Position numbers and translations under genes: made by a program. From Setoptus koraiensis (taxonomy: Eukaryota; Animalia; Arthropoda): a stretch of DNA of 64,000 nucleotides. A model generated the notes under the pieces. The model saw nothing but the letters and a program-made list of their open reading frames with translations. It ran no database searches and was not told the DNA's origin. The DNA is taken from the NCBI GenBank assembly GCA_048013815.1, contig CM106586.1, positions 2,790,001-2,854,000 of the forward strand, in the 5' to 3' direction. Positions within the stretch are counted from its first letter, which is position 1. Each line of letters opens with the position of its first letter. Shown here piece by piece: positions 41,074-53,106 of this stretch.

Positions 41074-42024
41074 TTGTACACAATTGTCGTGTGCCGTGAA
41101 CTTGTCACCTTATATCGGCCAGCGATGAGCTCGTAGATATAATTGAAATCAATTATGTTTGGCTCATCAATCAGGCCTCGTCTCGCCATAAGCGATGCTG
41201 GCCCGCTCAAATGCACGGTCGGGATAAGTCGGGGTATGTGAGCAGCGCAGTTGTGAGTGTGGCTGGGCAATGAGTCTCATTGAATGAGAGCATGACAATT
41301 GGACGGTTGCACAATTGGAACGGTTGCGCAACGAGACGGGCCGTCACAAATTGTCTCATTTCATTGAGAAGTTGCCCTTGTCGCTGTTGTTGCTGGCCCA
41401 AGGTTGCCCTCAGCGGGCCGAGTCCGATAAATCTCATAAGTATAAATCTCTCTTCTCTCTTATGATTACAAGTGCACGATCAAAACAGTTGTTGTGTGTG
41501 TGCAAATAACGGCTCCCAGCGAGAAGCGGCGCGGGCCCCATTTCTCTCACTGTATCCTTCTCTGTCGCTGCTCGTCGCGTTCTCGGGCCTCTCTTTGTCG
41601 CTGCTCGACGCGTCCTCGGGCCGCCTATAAAACGCACCCATAAAGCACACAATTCCCTTTCTCGGCTAGACCCTTTCTTGGCTAGACTCTGTTGGCTAGA
41701 TAATAATATTGCTAAACAAATAATAAGCGAGCTCTCGGCTATCATTTCTAGTTAGCTTCTTCTCTCATGTCATATAATAATGATAACAGCAATAATTCAT
41801 TGGTGTCAGTTGTGTGTGAGTGTGTGTGAGCGGGCATAGTCAGTGATGGCCAGAATCTGTTGTTGTCATTGCAATTATTATCATTGTGCATCGCGACCAA
41901 TCTCTGGCTGTGTTGTCAGAGACAACACCTAGAGGGCACCATCTCACATCTCACGGCTTATCCGTTGGCCTATCCGCGCTATCCGTGTCGGCCTGCATGG
42001 CCCTAACTGGGTACATACATGCGA

Positions 42025-42099
42025 ATATATCGCGTATATATCGCGTATATATCGCGTATATATCGCGTATATATCGCGTACATATATTGCGTATATATC
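42025..42099. repeat. 11-bp tandem repeat x5 perfect (ATATATCGCGT) plus degenerate copies
   Basis: Perfect copies span 42025-42079. Confidence 0.95.
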
Positions 42100-43868
42100 C
42101 GTCCGGACGGCAGCAACAACAATGATAATTATAGCAATTGTCAGGCCATAATCATATATGTATAATGAGCGGATAATCTAGAATTCATTGGCGGCGAGTG
42201 CATGAGTCTCATACTATGAGACCCGCCGACAATTGTCGACATTCGCGCACAACAGCAACAACCGATTGTTTGCCGTTGTCGGCGACCAGCTAACAAGTTG
42301 CCACTTCCGACTCGAGTGACACCCGCCACAAATTGAATTGACAAAATTGATATAAATGACAACTGGGGCCCAGATAATCAATTTGTAATGGAGAAAAATG
42401 ATTGTCACTGGCGGGCCCCCCATTTCGCATTTGGGCAGCCATTTGAATTTTCGTCAAGTTTCGTTGTGTCGTCGTCGGCGTGTCGTCGTGCGGCGCGTGC
42501 CGTAAATGTTTGCTCGATTCGAGGGGCCAATCGAGAGAAACTGCCAGTTGAAACTACAGATTGTTCGCTCGTGTTTATACGGCCATTGTGTGTGTGTGTG
42601 ACGCCAAACAATTGTACGTGATCAGAATCAAATCAATCTTTCTGTCTGGTGCACTTGTCATGGCATTATTTTTGCGACTTGTTCTCGCCATTTTGCACGT
42701 ATTGGCGCTGTTGTCGGCGCTGTTGTCGCGCCAAGACACAACAAGCCTCTCAAGTTGCTAATGCCGTAATGCCGCCCACCAACTCGTGCCAAAAACATGA
42801 CACTGCCACTCTCAATGCTGGCGCGCGTTATTATCGCTCCGTCGTAAATGATATCTCATCACTGGCGCCCTATTAGCCCGGCTTGTCGGCCCCCAAATCC
42901 GCCTGTGAACAGCGCGATATAGGAGCCGATACAGCGAGGGAGGCGCACACAATGTGCGAGCATGGGACCAGATTAAATTGGTCTGGAAAACTCAATGGAA
43001 TGAAATGGGATCAAATGAGGATAAATTGATCCCCTGCTCCTTTTATTTGTGCCTGTGACGCATTAACGCGCGCGCTCGCGCGCCCCAATGTGATGTGATT
43101 ACATCATACATACAATATACATCATTACGTAACTGTTGTTGTTGCATTTCGCAGCACAACAAGCTCGAGCTGAGTGTAGAGCGTGTGCGTGTGTCTGGCG
43201 CGAGCTGCTGCCCGTCAATTTGAATTGATCTTATCGGCGATCTGGCCGCCGTCGAGCGTCGCAAATTGCTGGCGAAAAATGATATTTCCCTCAATGATAA
43301 CACAATTAAACGTGCCACGATACACGATGGCTGACCGAATGAATTTTACATAAACGCCTCGCCGTTGTGTATCAACGCCTGGCCAGCTGACGGCGCTTGC
43401 GGCGAGCCGACCACGAGTGCCGTCTATTAGAATCCATTAGAATCCGTTGGAAAATGGCTCATTGGGGCCCCGCTGCCAGTTGCCAGCAGCATACGCATTG
43501 GCCAGCTGTTGGCTGGCGAAAATTTCGCGATCTGTTTTACAAAGAGCTCGTTGTTGGCCGGCTCTCAATTGCTCTCATTTGCGCCCTCAACGATGCTCGA
43601 TAGGCCCGTTAATCGTTTTCCGGCGACCTCCAGACTGCGCCTCTCACTCCATGCCTCCACACACGATAATACTCGATAGTTTGCTTGGCCGCGAGAGATA
43701 TCCGGCTCACAGCCGGCACAAAATCGAGAAATAATGACTAGATGAATGAGCTCACTGGGCTGTGTTATCTCGCGTCGTAGCGAAATCGTCCTCACCCTGA
43801 CAGCCACTCCCGACTTGCGAGGGGCTCCTCGGTTGCAACCCTATCCAGTAAGCTATTCAGCGCGTGTT

Positions 43869-43935
43869 GCCAATATCCCACTGTAGGTGGCCAATGTCCG
43901 ACTGTAGGTGGCCAATATCCGACTGTAGGGGGCCA
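43869..43935. repeat. 21-bp tandem repeat x3 (GCCAATATCCGACTGTAGGTG)
   Basis: Units start at 43869, 43890 and 43911. Confidence 0.93.
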
Positions 43936-45843
43936 CAGGGCGCAAAGGGCTCGTTGATGCATTGATATTTATTGCGACACGAGCGCCCCCGTTGTCAACG
44001 GCAGGTCAACTCGAGCTTGCCAATTGGGCAAAATTGCCGCTATATCTGGCATTTCGTGTGCGCACTGGCCGGCGAAAATCGGCCTGATTGAGCCATCGGC
44101 TCTCAGCGGATTTGGCCGTGTCCGATCGCGAGCTAATCACAGTTGGCGGATAAGTCGCGTCCGTCTGCCAATCGGCAGCCATTATTGTGCAGGTGAACAG
44201 GTGAGCGGGTGGACAGGTAAACAGGCGAACAGGTGAGCGGGCAGTTGTCAGCGGGTTGTGTCATCAAGTGGTGCCGCGTCTCTGTCTATCTGTCAAACGT
44301 TTGTTGGCCGTTCGCGAAAAGAAGCGCCTCATTTGCATGATAAACGCCCGTGCGCTCGGCGCGCTAATCGTCTTAATCTCGGCCTGAAACTAATCGGCTT
44401 ACCTGTCTGGCATATTCAAATAAACGCGCAATTGTGTTGTCGTGGCGACTTGCAACCAGACTGCCAATTCGTGCCGGAATCAATCCAACTGGCCGGCATC
44501 TCGGCCGGCCAGTTGGATATTTAGTCGGCGATATGCTCGCTCGCCGACCAAATATCGGCGCCGCTCCGGCGTGTGAGTGTGCAATTAAACGAAAACAAGG
44601 CGACCTTTTGCATTAGTGTGCGCACTTTCTGCAAATCCTGTTTATCCGCCGACGGGTCAAGCATCGAGCGGCCGGCAGCATTAGCATAAACGCAACTCTT
44701 TTCGACCTTTCGCCGTCGCTACCTGTCGTCGGATAGAGCAGACAGATTGATAGTTGATGTTGGGCATATCGCCGTAATATACGCAGGTCGTGGAAAGTTG
44801 AGCGCCGATCGCTCTGCCCACTAGGCGGCGCGTATTCAAATGAGTCACTCATTACGAGTGCCGGCAACTCGCTGGCAGCAAGCGACAAAATAATCACGTC
44901 CGCATTGTTATTTTTGGGCTGTTTTATCATTGGGCGAAGCCCGCTTTTCGGCATCTCGGCATATCGCCACTCGAGCGCCGATTTATTCGGGCGGCCGCTG
45001 ACAAGTTTGGCTCTTTTTTGCTATTTTTAATAGAGAATTTCCGCGAAATATTCATCATTCATCTGGGCAAGAAATGTTGGCTCGCCAAAAAACAGGCAGC
45101 CGCCATTTTGCAGTTCTGACAGCCGACATTGAAGGGATGGGTGCTGCAGCGAGCCGCGCCATGGGCAAAAACAAATCCACAGGTACAACGATCTGTGACC
45201 GACTGATCGGTTCATTGGCTCCCGGCGAATGATTGCGCAGCATGCGCGAGAGGGCGCTCGTTTAGCGAAAATGGAAGACGAAGGAAAAAAACGACAGAAA
45301 TTTTTCGACAGAAAAATGCTTCTCGATTGCAGGTGACTCTCCGAGTCAATATTTCTCTGATGAACTTTTTCTCGCTTCTTTTTTCGGCCAGCCAGCAAAA
45401 AATGGCCGATCGAAGGGCCAGAAAGGTTGCGCTTGCATGCTTGTTTGCCCCACTAAACGGCATCACTTTTTCTCGATTCGTTCATTTGAACCATTTGCTT
45501 GGGCTCATTTGGTGCGGCAAGCGAGCGTTGCGCAAGTGAGAGTACTCCGGCCCGACTATAAATCAAACCGGCCAAAAGTTGTCAAGCTCGAGTGTGGCAA
45601 CGTTTTGCAGTTGCTGCTGCATCATAATCAGTTTCAGTTGCTCGGGTGATTAGGCGACCGAAACTAGTATCATTTGCGAGCCGAAAAGAGCCGATCCGCT
45701 CATTTTCGGTCCATTTACCATTCATAGTGTCCATTCATACTATGAATTTCATAGTGTGTCGCATGCTTGAAATTGCCGGCCGATTGAGCCGCCGCCGACG
45801 ACTGGTCAAGTTGGGCGAAGTTGCCGAGCGACCGAACGCCCGC

Positions 45844-45954
45844 CGTCATCATCGCCATCACCATCATCATCACCATCATCATCATCATCATAAATATAAT
45901 CATCATCATCATAAACATAATCATCAGCGTGGTCGTCATCTTCGTCATCGTCAT
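45844..45954. repeat. (CAT)n degenerate microsatellite
   Basis: Directly visible. Confidence 0.93.
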
Positions 45955-46740
45955 CAAGCGGCACAGCTAAATTAATTAGCATTAGCCAGCGATGACCAGA
46001 GGCGTTATTTGCGAGTGACTCATTGAGTAATGCGCACCGAAAAATAATCATTTGGCATTATTTATTATTGTCACTATTGTTGGTCATTATGCGCCGCAAG
46101 TGGCACCAGCCGCAAATGGCACCAGCGAGCTCGGCGGCCTAACTATTCAGTGGCGCCTAACCAGCGGCGATATGCGCCGACCGGTATGAGGTCAGCAGCC
46201 TGACAGCAACAACCTGCGTACCTGTGCAAATACCCTCGCGTACGGCCCGGTATACCTTTGTTTGTATCTTTGCGTTCATTTGTACCTCTGCATATGTCCC
46301 CTGGCTAAAGGTTGGCCAGACTGGCCACAGCGAGTCAATGTTGCGTAATTCAACACTCACGACTGGCCGCCCATTAAGCGCTGGTGCCCATCAAAGCGCC
46401 TAATGACTCAAATTCAACATTGTCAGCGCATTACGTAAAGGTATTTGTTGTATAAATATAATTATATTTATGCGAGTGCAAGTTGATATGTTTATTTGTC
46501 GTGCTGTTGCCATTGGCCGCCTGTCGAAATGAAGACAGTTATTACGTTATGATTATCAGGTAGCCAGTTCTGCGAACCTGTTCTGTCGCTGTTCAAATTT
46601 GCGGTGTCGTGTTCGGAGTGCATTTAGCAACAAAGTTGACAGTTGCACATTTGGCCAGCTAACCGCGTTTAATTTCATCACAGTTGCGTCAGTCAGCCAA
46701 CAGCGTTTAATTTCATGGTGGTTGCGTCAATGGTAGCGCC

Positions 46741-46790
46741 GATCAGCGCTGATCAACGCTGATCGCCGCTGATCAACGCTGATCAACGCT
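46741..46790. repeat. 10-bp tandem repeat x5 (GATCAACGCT)
   Basis: Directly visible. Confidence 0.92.
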
Positions 46791-48446
46791 GGTGAGATAA
46801 ACGGTGCGAGAATAACCTTCAATTGTGAGCACATCGACAGTTATGCGACCACAAAAGACCACCATACATTTATTATTTTTAATACCATTGAGCGGGCCGA
46901 ACTGGGCCAATTCTAAGCCGACTCACTAGTCAGCAGAGAGCTAATTGGCGTCGCTAATGCTAATTGTCATTGGCCATTGCACAATTTGCTCCATTTGATC
47001 GATTTGGCGTGCCACCATTCTAATTTGTTTGGCAACAATCTCGCCGAGCAGTGTCAAGCTGTTCACTAACGGGTCCCCATTGAGCTGACCAGCTGAGCCG
47101 ATCGAAGCCGAAACAATCAATTTGGCCAGGCCAAAAGAACACTATCGCTCGCTTGCCCGGCCAGCAAAGCAACACAAGCTGAGCGGCCAAGAATGCAATG
47201 GGCCAACAAGTGAAAGTTTCTGTTGGCTGGCTCGCTTCGGCCGGCCGGCCGGCCAATCAAGCCAGAGCCAGACAAACTAATCACTTTATGGCCGGCACTA
47301 ACTCGATCATTGAATTATCTTACTTTCTTACTCACTAAATAATGCCGGCCTTTCTCTGGCTATACAGTGTGTAAGTATTCTTTCATTTGATATGAACAAA
47401 CAAAGAGAGTGCAAATAACGGGCAACAGGTTTGTGTCGTCACCTTGGCCGCTCGTCGGCGCCACTGGTGTGGCTGGCCCGTTTCTTTCTCACTGTTGTTG
47501 GTTGTGTCATAAAAGAATTGGACGCAACAATGCATATGCATTTTCGAGAGAAAGTGAGAACGAGCAAGGCAGAGAGAGAGGGCACATAATGAGAGAATTA
47601 AATTAAGAATTGCAATGTGCGGATAGAGAATTGCCAATGGAAAAAGTTGCAACTAAATAATAACTTGCCAAGCTTGTTTGCTTCGGTCGGCGCACACACA
47701 ATGGACACAATAAGTTGCAAAAGGGGAATAACTGTGCCTGTTTAATCTCAATTTTTATCATCTTAATTCCTCCTTCTAATGCCACCTATTTGATTAACTC
47801 TTTCGCTGGTCTCGTTTGTTGCATAAACACAACAGCCTAGACAACAACAACGACCGGTTGCCTAGACGTTGCAACAACAATGACGTCACCTTTTGCGCGC
47901 GATACGTTAAGTGTGACGGAAACAATTTTAATTGCCACTTAATTAGCTAATCCGCTCTATGTCCGTCAGCTGGCGTCATGGTTCTGGCAGTGATTGCTGA
48001 AGTCATTGAGTGTCGCTACTATGTTGTCTCAATTGTCGAGCGGGGGCCCACTGTGCCCACTTATGCCGACTTGTGCCAACTTTTGCCGCCATATGACAAC
48101 TTGTGACTGACGACAGTTGCCCGGCACCAGATGGCGCCCAGCAGACTAATTAACAAGACGGCTAATTAGTATTCATCATTCATTGTTCCATGCTCAGTTG
48201 GTCACGGTGAACAGCTGACGAGCAGCTGATTGTGCTGGCCAAATGAGCGACAAGTGACAAGCGACAAGCGAGCGGCTGCCAAACGGACACAGGATGCACA
48301 CGCACAATTGAGATCCCCGATAAAATGTGTTAATATAATAATGTGCTGACGCAATATGCTTACTTGACATAATCTTCTGACGTAATATCGTACTGATATA
48401 ATACTGATTAATACGATATATCAAGGGGGCTCGCGCTGGGCGTCGC

Positions 48447-48512
48447 AGAAAAGAACGCGAAGAGAAGAACGCGAAGAAAAGAACGCGGAGAAAAGAACGC
48501 GGAGAAGAGAAC
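48447..48512. repeat. 14-bp tandem repeat x4+ (AGAAAAGAACGCGR)
   Basis: Units start at 48447, 48461, 48475 and 48489. Confidence 0.92.
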
Positions 48513-48603
48513 AAGCGTGAAAAAAAAATGGCGTTTGCTAAACGGGCTTCGCGTTCCATCGATTCGAGTGGCTCGCCGCGCGCCTCCGTCGCTCTGGCCC
48601 CGC

Positions 48604-48682
48604 TCACCTGTCTGCTGTTCACCTGTCTGCTGTTCACCTGTCTGCTGTTCACCTGTGCTCTGTTCACCTGTATTTTGTTCAC
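48604..48682. repeat. 15-bp tandem repeat x5, each unit carrying an E2-box (TCACCTG)
   Basis: TCACCTG at 48604, 48619, 48634, 48649 and 48664. Confidence 0.93.
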
Positions 48683-50638
48683 GGTTCGCTACGTGAGCCA
48701 TAGTGGCCGACATTGTCAGTTAGTGTGAGCGCAGTGGGCAAAGATGCGAGTCTGTCACACAGTGATACACTTGGCAGGGCTGGCTCACCTTGCCGGCCGA
48801 GCTGGCCGACGTCTGGCCAGGGCCGCTGGCTTGTCATCGGCGAGTCTGTCATGGCCGATGATTGTTTGTGTTGGTTGCGCTCGCTATCGCGCTCAACGGT
48901 TGCGCTCGCCATCGCGCTCAATGGCTCGGCGAGTTAATTCTTTTGGTCCGGGTTAATTCTTGCCAGTCTCGTCTGGCGATTCATTTTGGCTGCGATTCAT
49001 TTCGTTCGTTCGTTCGAGTCGTTTCGAATCGCTGCGAATCGCCGCTAATGCTTTCGATTCGTTCCATTGCAACTGTCGGCTGCGTCGGCAGTTGGCAGTT
49101 GGCCATTTGTTGCTGCGGCCATGGACGCAGCGCTGCGTCCATGGCACTGCAACGAATTCTGGATTCATGGGATACGACACGACACGACACGACATGATAT
49201 GATATGAATATTATCATTATATCATATCATATCGCGAATATCGTACGATCGCGCAATTCGTTCGTTCATACACACAATTTTGTTTTCGTGTGGTTTTCTC
49301 AGCGCCGGGCTGCTCACTGGGCACATGCCAGGCGAGCAGCCACGCAATCGCTTAGGAATTCGCAGCGAATTCGCTGCGAATTCATTGCGAATCGGCTGCG
49401 AATTCATTGCGAGTTGGCTGCGAATTCATTGAGAATTCATTGCCGGAGTCGCTGTATCGTGTGCGCATTGTCGGCGCCGCTGCAATGCCTGGCCGGTGAG
49501 CCGAGCCGAGTTTAGTCGGCAAACTCGTTTCTTGAAATGCTCTGCTTGTCAGCTCAATTACGTAATCGTCATGTGTCACACACACACACAGCAATATGGT
49601 GACAGAAACAGCGACGACCACGTCAACTAATGAAACGCCTGTTAGCCCGTCGCTGCTCACCTGTCTCACCTGTGCGCCTGTGCACCGAGCGAGTCACCTG
49701 TCCGGCCTGTTGTCTCGCCGATGCTTGATATTTACATTTGGCTGTTCATTTTCTTCACCTGTCGTGCGCGTTGTGTCGTTTGATGTGTGTGTGTGTGCCG
49801 GGCGAATTCATGGCCACCGCCATGCTCTGTTGTCGTTGTTGTTGACGTTGTTGTTGTCGTTGCTGCTGTCGTTGCTGCTGTCGTTGCTGCTGTCGTTGCT
49901 GTTGTCGTTGTCGCTGTTGTCGTCTGTTGTTGTCGTCTGTAGTCTGGTGCAAGCGCACGGCTGTCACACAAACAAAGATAACAAGTGTCTAGTAAGCCAC
50001 TCACCACTTTCACGTTGGTCATCACATTGTTGGCCGGCCGGCCGGCCGGCTAATTCATTAGATGTTCATCGCAGATAAACACCGTCTTGCCTTTTCATTC
50101 CTTCGGCCAGCCGTTTGGCCAGCTGCTTGTGCTGCCAACAACAAACATCGGCCGGCCCAAACAGCGACCAGCCAGCCTATACAATACAGCCTGTATGTTA
50201 CAGGTGCATACAGGTGAGCAGCCAACAACGGCGTGCGGGTTACGCAAGGGTTAAAGGCCGCCGATTTGTTATGTAATGCAGTCGCTGATCGAGACCTTGC
50301 ACACGATTAACAATGGCTTGCGATTGCTCTTTGCAACTGCCCAATCAGCGCCGGCCGGCATCTCTCGCCAGCTTGTCGGCTCACACAGCAAATCACAGAT
50401 TGCGGCTGGCTGGCTGGTCGGCTGATCTCGCCACGCTGACAAGTGAGAGCCAACAAAGCAAAGCGCCTGCGTTGCATGATGTAATCAGCACGCTAACTAA
50501 GAGATGTGTATCGCTCACCTGTCCGCTTGCAATTAGTCGCTGACCGATAAGTGCAGCGGGCTGTTGCGTAAGCAGTGCAACTTGTCGACACAGCCCGCTG
50601 TCCAGTTTTCGATTCGAATCGGCGTCTCGGCTCGTGCC

Positions 50639-50726
50639 GATATTGTGCCGATACTGAGCTGATATTGTGCCGATACTGAGCTGATATTGAGCTGATATTG
50701 TGCTGATATTGTGCCGATATTGTGCT
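50639..50726. repeat. 11-bp tandem repeat x8 (GATATTGTGCC / GATACTGAGCT variants)
   Basis: Eight units; the first four alternate as a 22-bp higher-order unit. Confidence 0.93.
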
Positions 50727-51355
50727 TGGCCAGGCTGGCCCGAAAAACTGACCAATGCGCAGCACACAGCCGGCCTGATGGTTGCCAGGCAACCACTGCC
50801 GGCCAGGGCCTGTTACGTAACAGCTGGCTCGCTACACACAGTCTATTTACTGTTACACTGTGACGGTTACAGGCAACAAAACGAGCGCACAAAAATACAC
50901 AGACAACAAACAATTGCTGACAAACAATCGCCCACAAACAATGGGCCCCTTGGCGAACGTAGCAGCGTCCATTGTGGCCTACGTTTATTACTGTGTAGTT
51001 ATCTGAGTTTATCTCGTCTTTATTTAGTCGTCGTGCAGCCTCACGTAACAGTTATAACGGCCACAAGTGATACAACATAAGCATACAATACAACTATACA
51101 TCATGAACAGTATTTGTGACAGCGTAATTATAGACTGCGTTAATTAATTTAATTAGCGCCAGATTGATCAGCAGCGGCAGCAAGCACCGTGATCGAGTGC
51201 ACTCAATATCAATACAATATCACGTAGTAGGGGCCGAGCAGTTTGTGGCTCATGATACCGTTATCGGGTGAGTTGCATGCAACCGGCCAGCACTGGCCGG
51301 TGCTCTATTCATATACTCGCCGAGCTCAAAACAAAACAATAAGCTCATATATGAT

Positions 51356-51425
51356 ATTCATATATGAATATAAGCTCGGCATTCGCATACGGATGTAAGC
51401 TCAGCATTCATACGTGAATATAAGC
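51356..51425. repeat. Degenerate 25-bp repeat x3 with palindromic core ATTCATATATGAAT
   Basis: Units start at 51356, 51381 and 51406. Confidence 0.8.
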
Positions 51426-51748
51426 AGTGTTTAGGGCTGACAAATCAGCCAGTCGCATCAGCCAACCAGAACCAGACCAAAATAGCTCACAGCTGATTGC
51501 GTTCAACTCGATCGTCCGATATGACGCCACGATGCTCCATTTGCGGGCCACTCTGCAAACAGTTTCGGCAAGCTAGACACAAGCCAGATACACGGCAGCA
51601 TCGCTAGCATCGCGATGCGTCGAGACTGTAGTCTTGAGTAGTCTTGAGACACCAGCGCAAGATACAGGACGCGAGATAAGGTAATGGCGCCGTCTCGCTT
51701 ACCTGGCCGTTGTCGGATAGGTGAGTCAGTGCCGGTCGGCCGGCCAAC

Positions 51749-51803
51749 GCACCAACTGGAGCACCAACTGAAGCACCAACTGAAGCACCAACTGAAGCAC
51801 CAA
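51749..51803. repeat. 12-bp tandem repeat x4.5 (GCACCAACTGAA)
   Basis: Directly visible. Confidence 0.93.
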
Positions 51804-53020
51804 TGGACACAAAAATAGCAAACACAAAAAGAGATCGGTCACGACACGGCCATTGCGACTGCAACCGCCAGTTCACTGGATCAGCGGCCCGATTGCGGCC
51901 TGATCGGCGGCCAAAGCGCTCCGATTTGCGTTGCGATTGGCCGCGTCAGCGGGCCCAATTTTACAATATTTCCTACTTGTTCGCTCGCAAATTCCGTATT
52001 TCGTATACGTTGCGATGTTGCCAGTCCCAAGTGCGTTCGCTGGTCACCACGGCAATTGGTCGGCGGATTCTCTCTCCTTTGTTGGCTGCTGAGATCACAA
52101 GCAAGTGCGATCTAAAATCGCACACAATCAATCGATGCGTCCATTGGCGGCCAGTCGTGGACCGAACGAGACACAACAACGCAGCAATCAGTGCTAAGCC
52201 AGGCCGGCATCATGACTGATTGCGTCACTCATGATGCCGGCCCACACAGTCACTTGTTGTGTAATGTGAAAGTGCCACATAGCCACTAATGACGATGAGG
52301 CTTTATTATAGCAGTTGGTCAGTTGTTGTTTGTGTGTTGTTGTTGTTTGCGGTGGCGCTGAGAAAGAGGACACACACACTGGCCGGCAGGCCACATCGGC
52401 CGCGTCGTTGTTGATTGGACAGCGCCGATATTAAATATTGTGCGAGCATAATCCGGCGGTGGCACAATCGATGAAGCCCATTTAAGCCATTGGTCTCACG
52501 AGCCAATGGCGCTCGAATCTTGCAGAGTTAGAGAGCGACCAGAATGCCAACAATTGATGATGATCGTTTTATCCGATCCGTGCCAAAACGATTGAATCAC
52601 CTGTTGTGTTTCAGCGCGGTGTGCTGGTCACTCACTCAGCTGGTCACTCACTCAGCTGCTCTCTCTCTCTCTCTCTCTCTCTCTCGCACTTCTAACAAAC
52701 TTCTAACAAACTTCTCACAAAGAGCTCGTTTTAGGTTAAGCTTGACTGACTCATAGGCAAACACCGACCGAACACTGACGGCTGTGAATGCACTTTGACG
52801 CAACTTGCCAAGCAAACTAAACTGAAAGCAAATGACAAGCGGCCCAAATGACCGCTCCACAACAACCACGATCAACAAACAAGCAACGCGCCCGATCCGG
52901 CAGCGTTAACAAACAATCGCCAACTAATTAGCTTAACTATTGCTAACTCTCTTTGTTTATTTCCATTGTCTTACATCCACTAATGGCCACTAATGGCCGC
53001 TCATATATTATATATGCTAC

Positions 53021-53052
<32 letters not shown>

Positions 53053-53090
53053 AAATAACATGTTTATTATGTAATACGCCGGTACTGTGT

Positions 53091-53106
53091 TATCAACTCA
53101 CTACAG
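53091..53106 (+). other. 3' splice site (acceptor) of the Shroom terminal exon
   Basis: tatcaactcactacAG, in frame with the ASD2 ORF; an alternative in-frame CAG ends at 53127. Confidence 0.6.

Noticed and set aside
43735-43756. miR-279-family seed TGACTAGAT
   Set aside because: No complementary 5' arm; a competing CCGGCT/AGCCGG hairpin lies upstream.
43757-43870. HDV-like ribozyme (TCCTCACC and TCCTCGG loops, GGCTGT/ACAGCC stem)
   Set aside because: P3 does not close and the GG needed for P1.1 is absent on either strand.
49140-49162. miR-263-like ATGGCACTGcAAcGAATTC
   Set aside because: No downstream complementary arm. It shows that such partial miRNA matches arise by chance in this window.
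104-50521. CAG|GTGAG words as recursive-splicing ratchet points
   Set aside because: They are equally frequent on both strands and lack upstream polypyrimidine tracts; ratchet points should be sense-strand specific.
13451-51803. CRISPR-like arrays
   Set aside because: All arrays are head-to-tail tandem units without unique spacers, there are no cas genes, and the context is eukaryotic.
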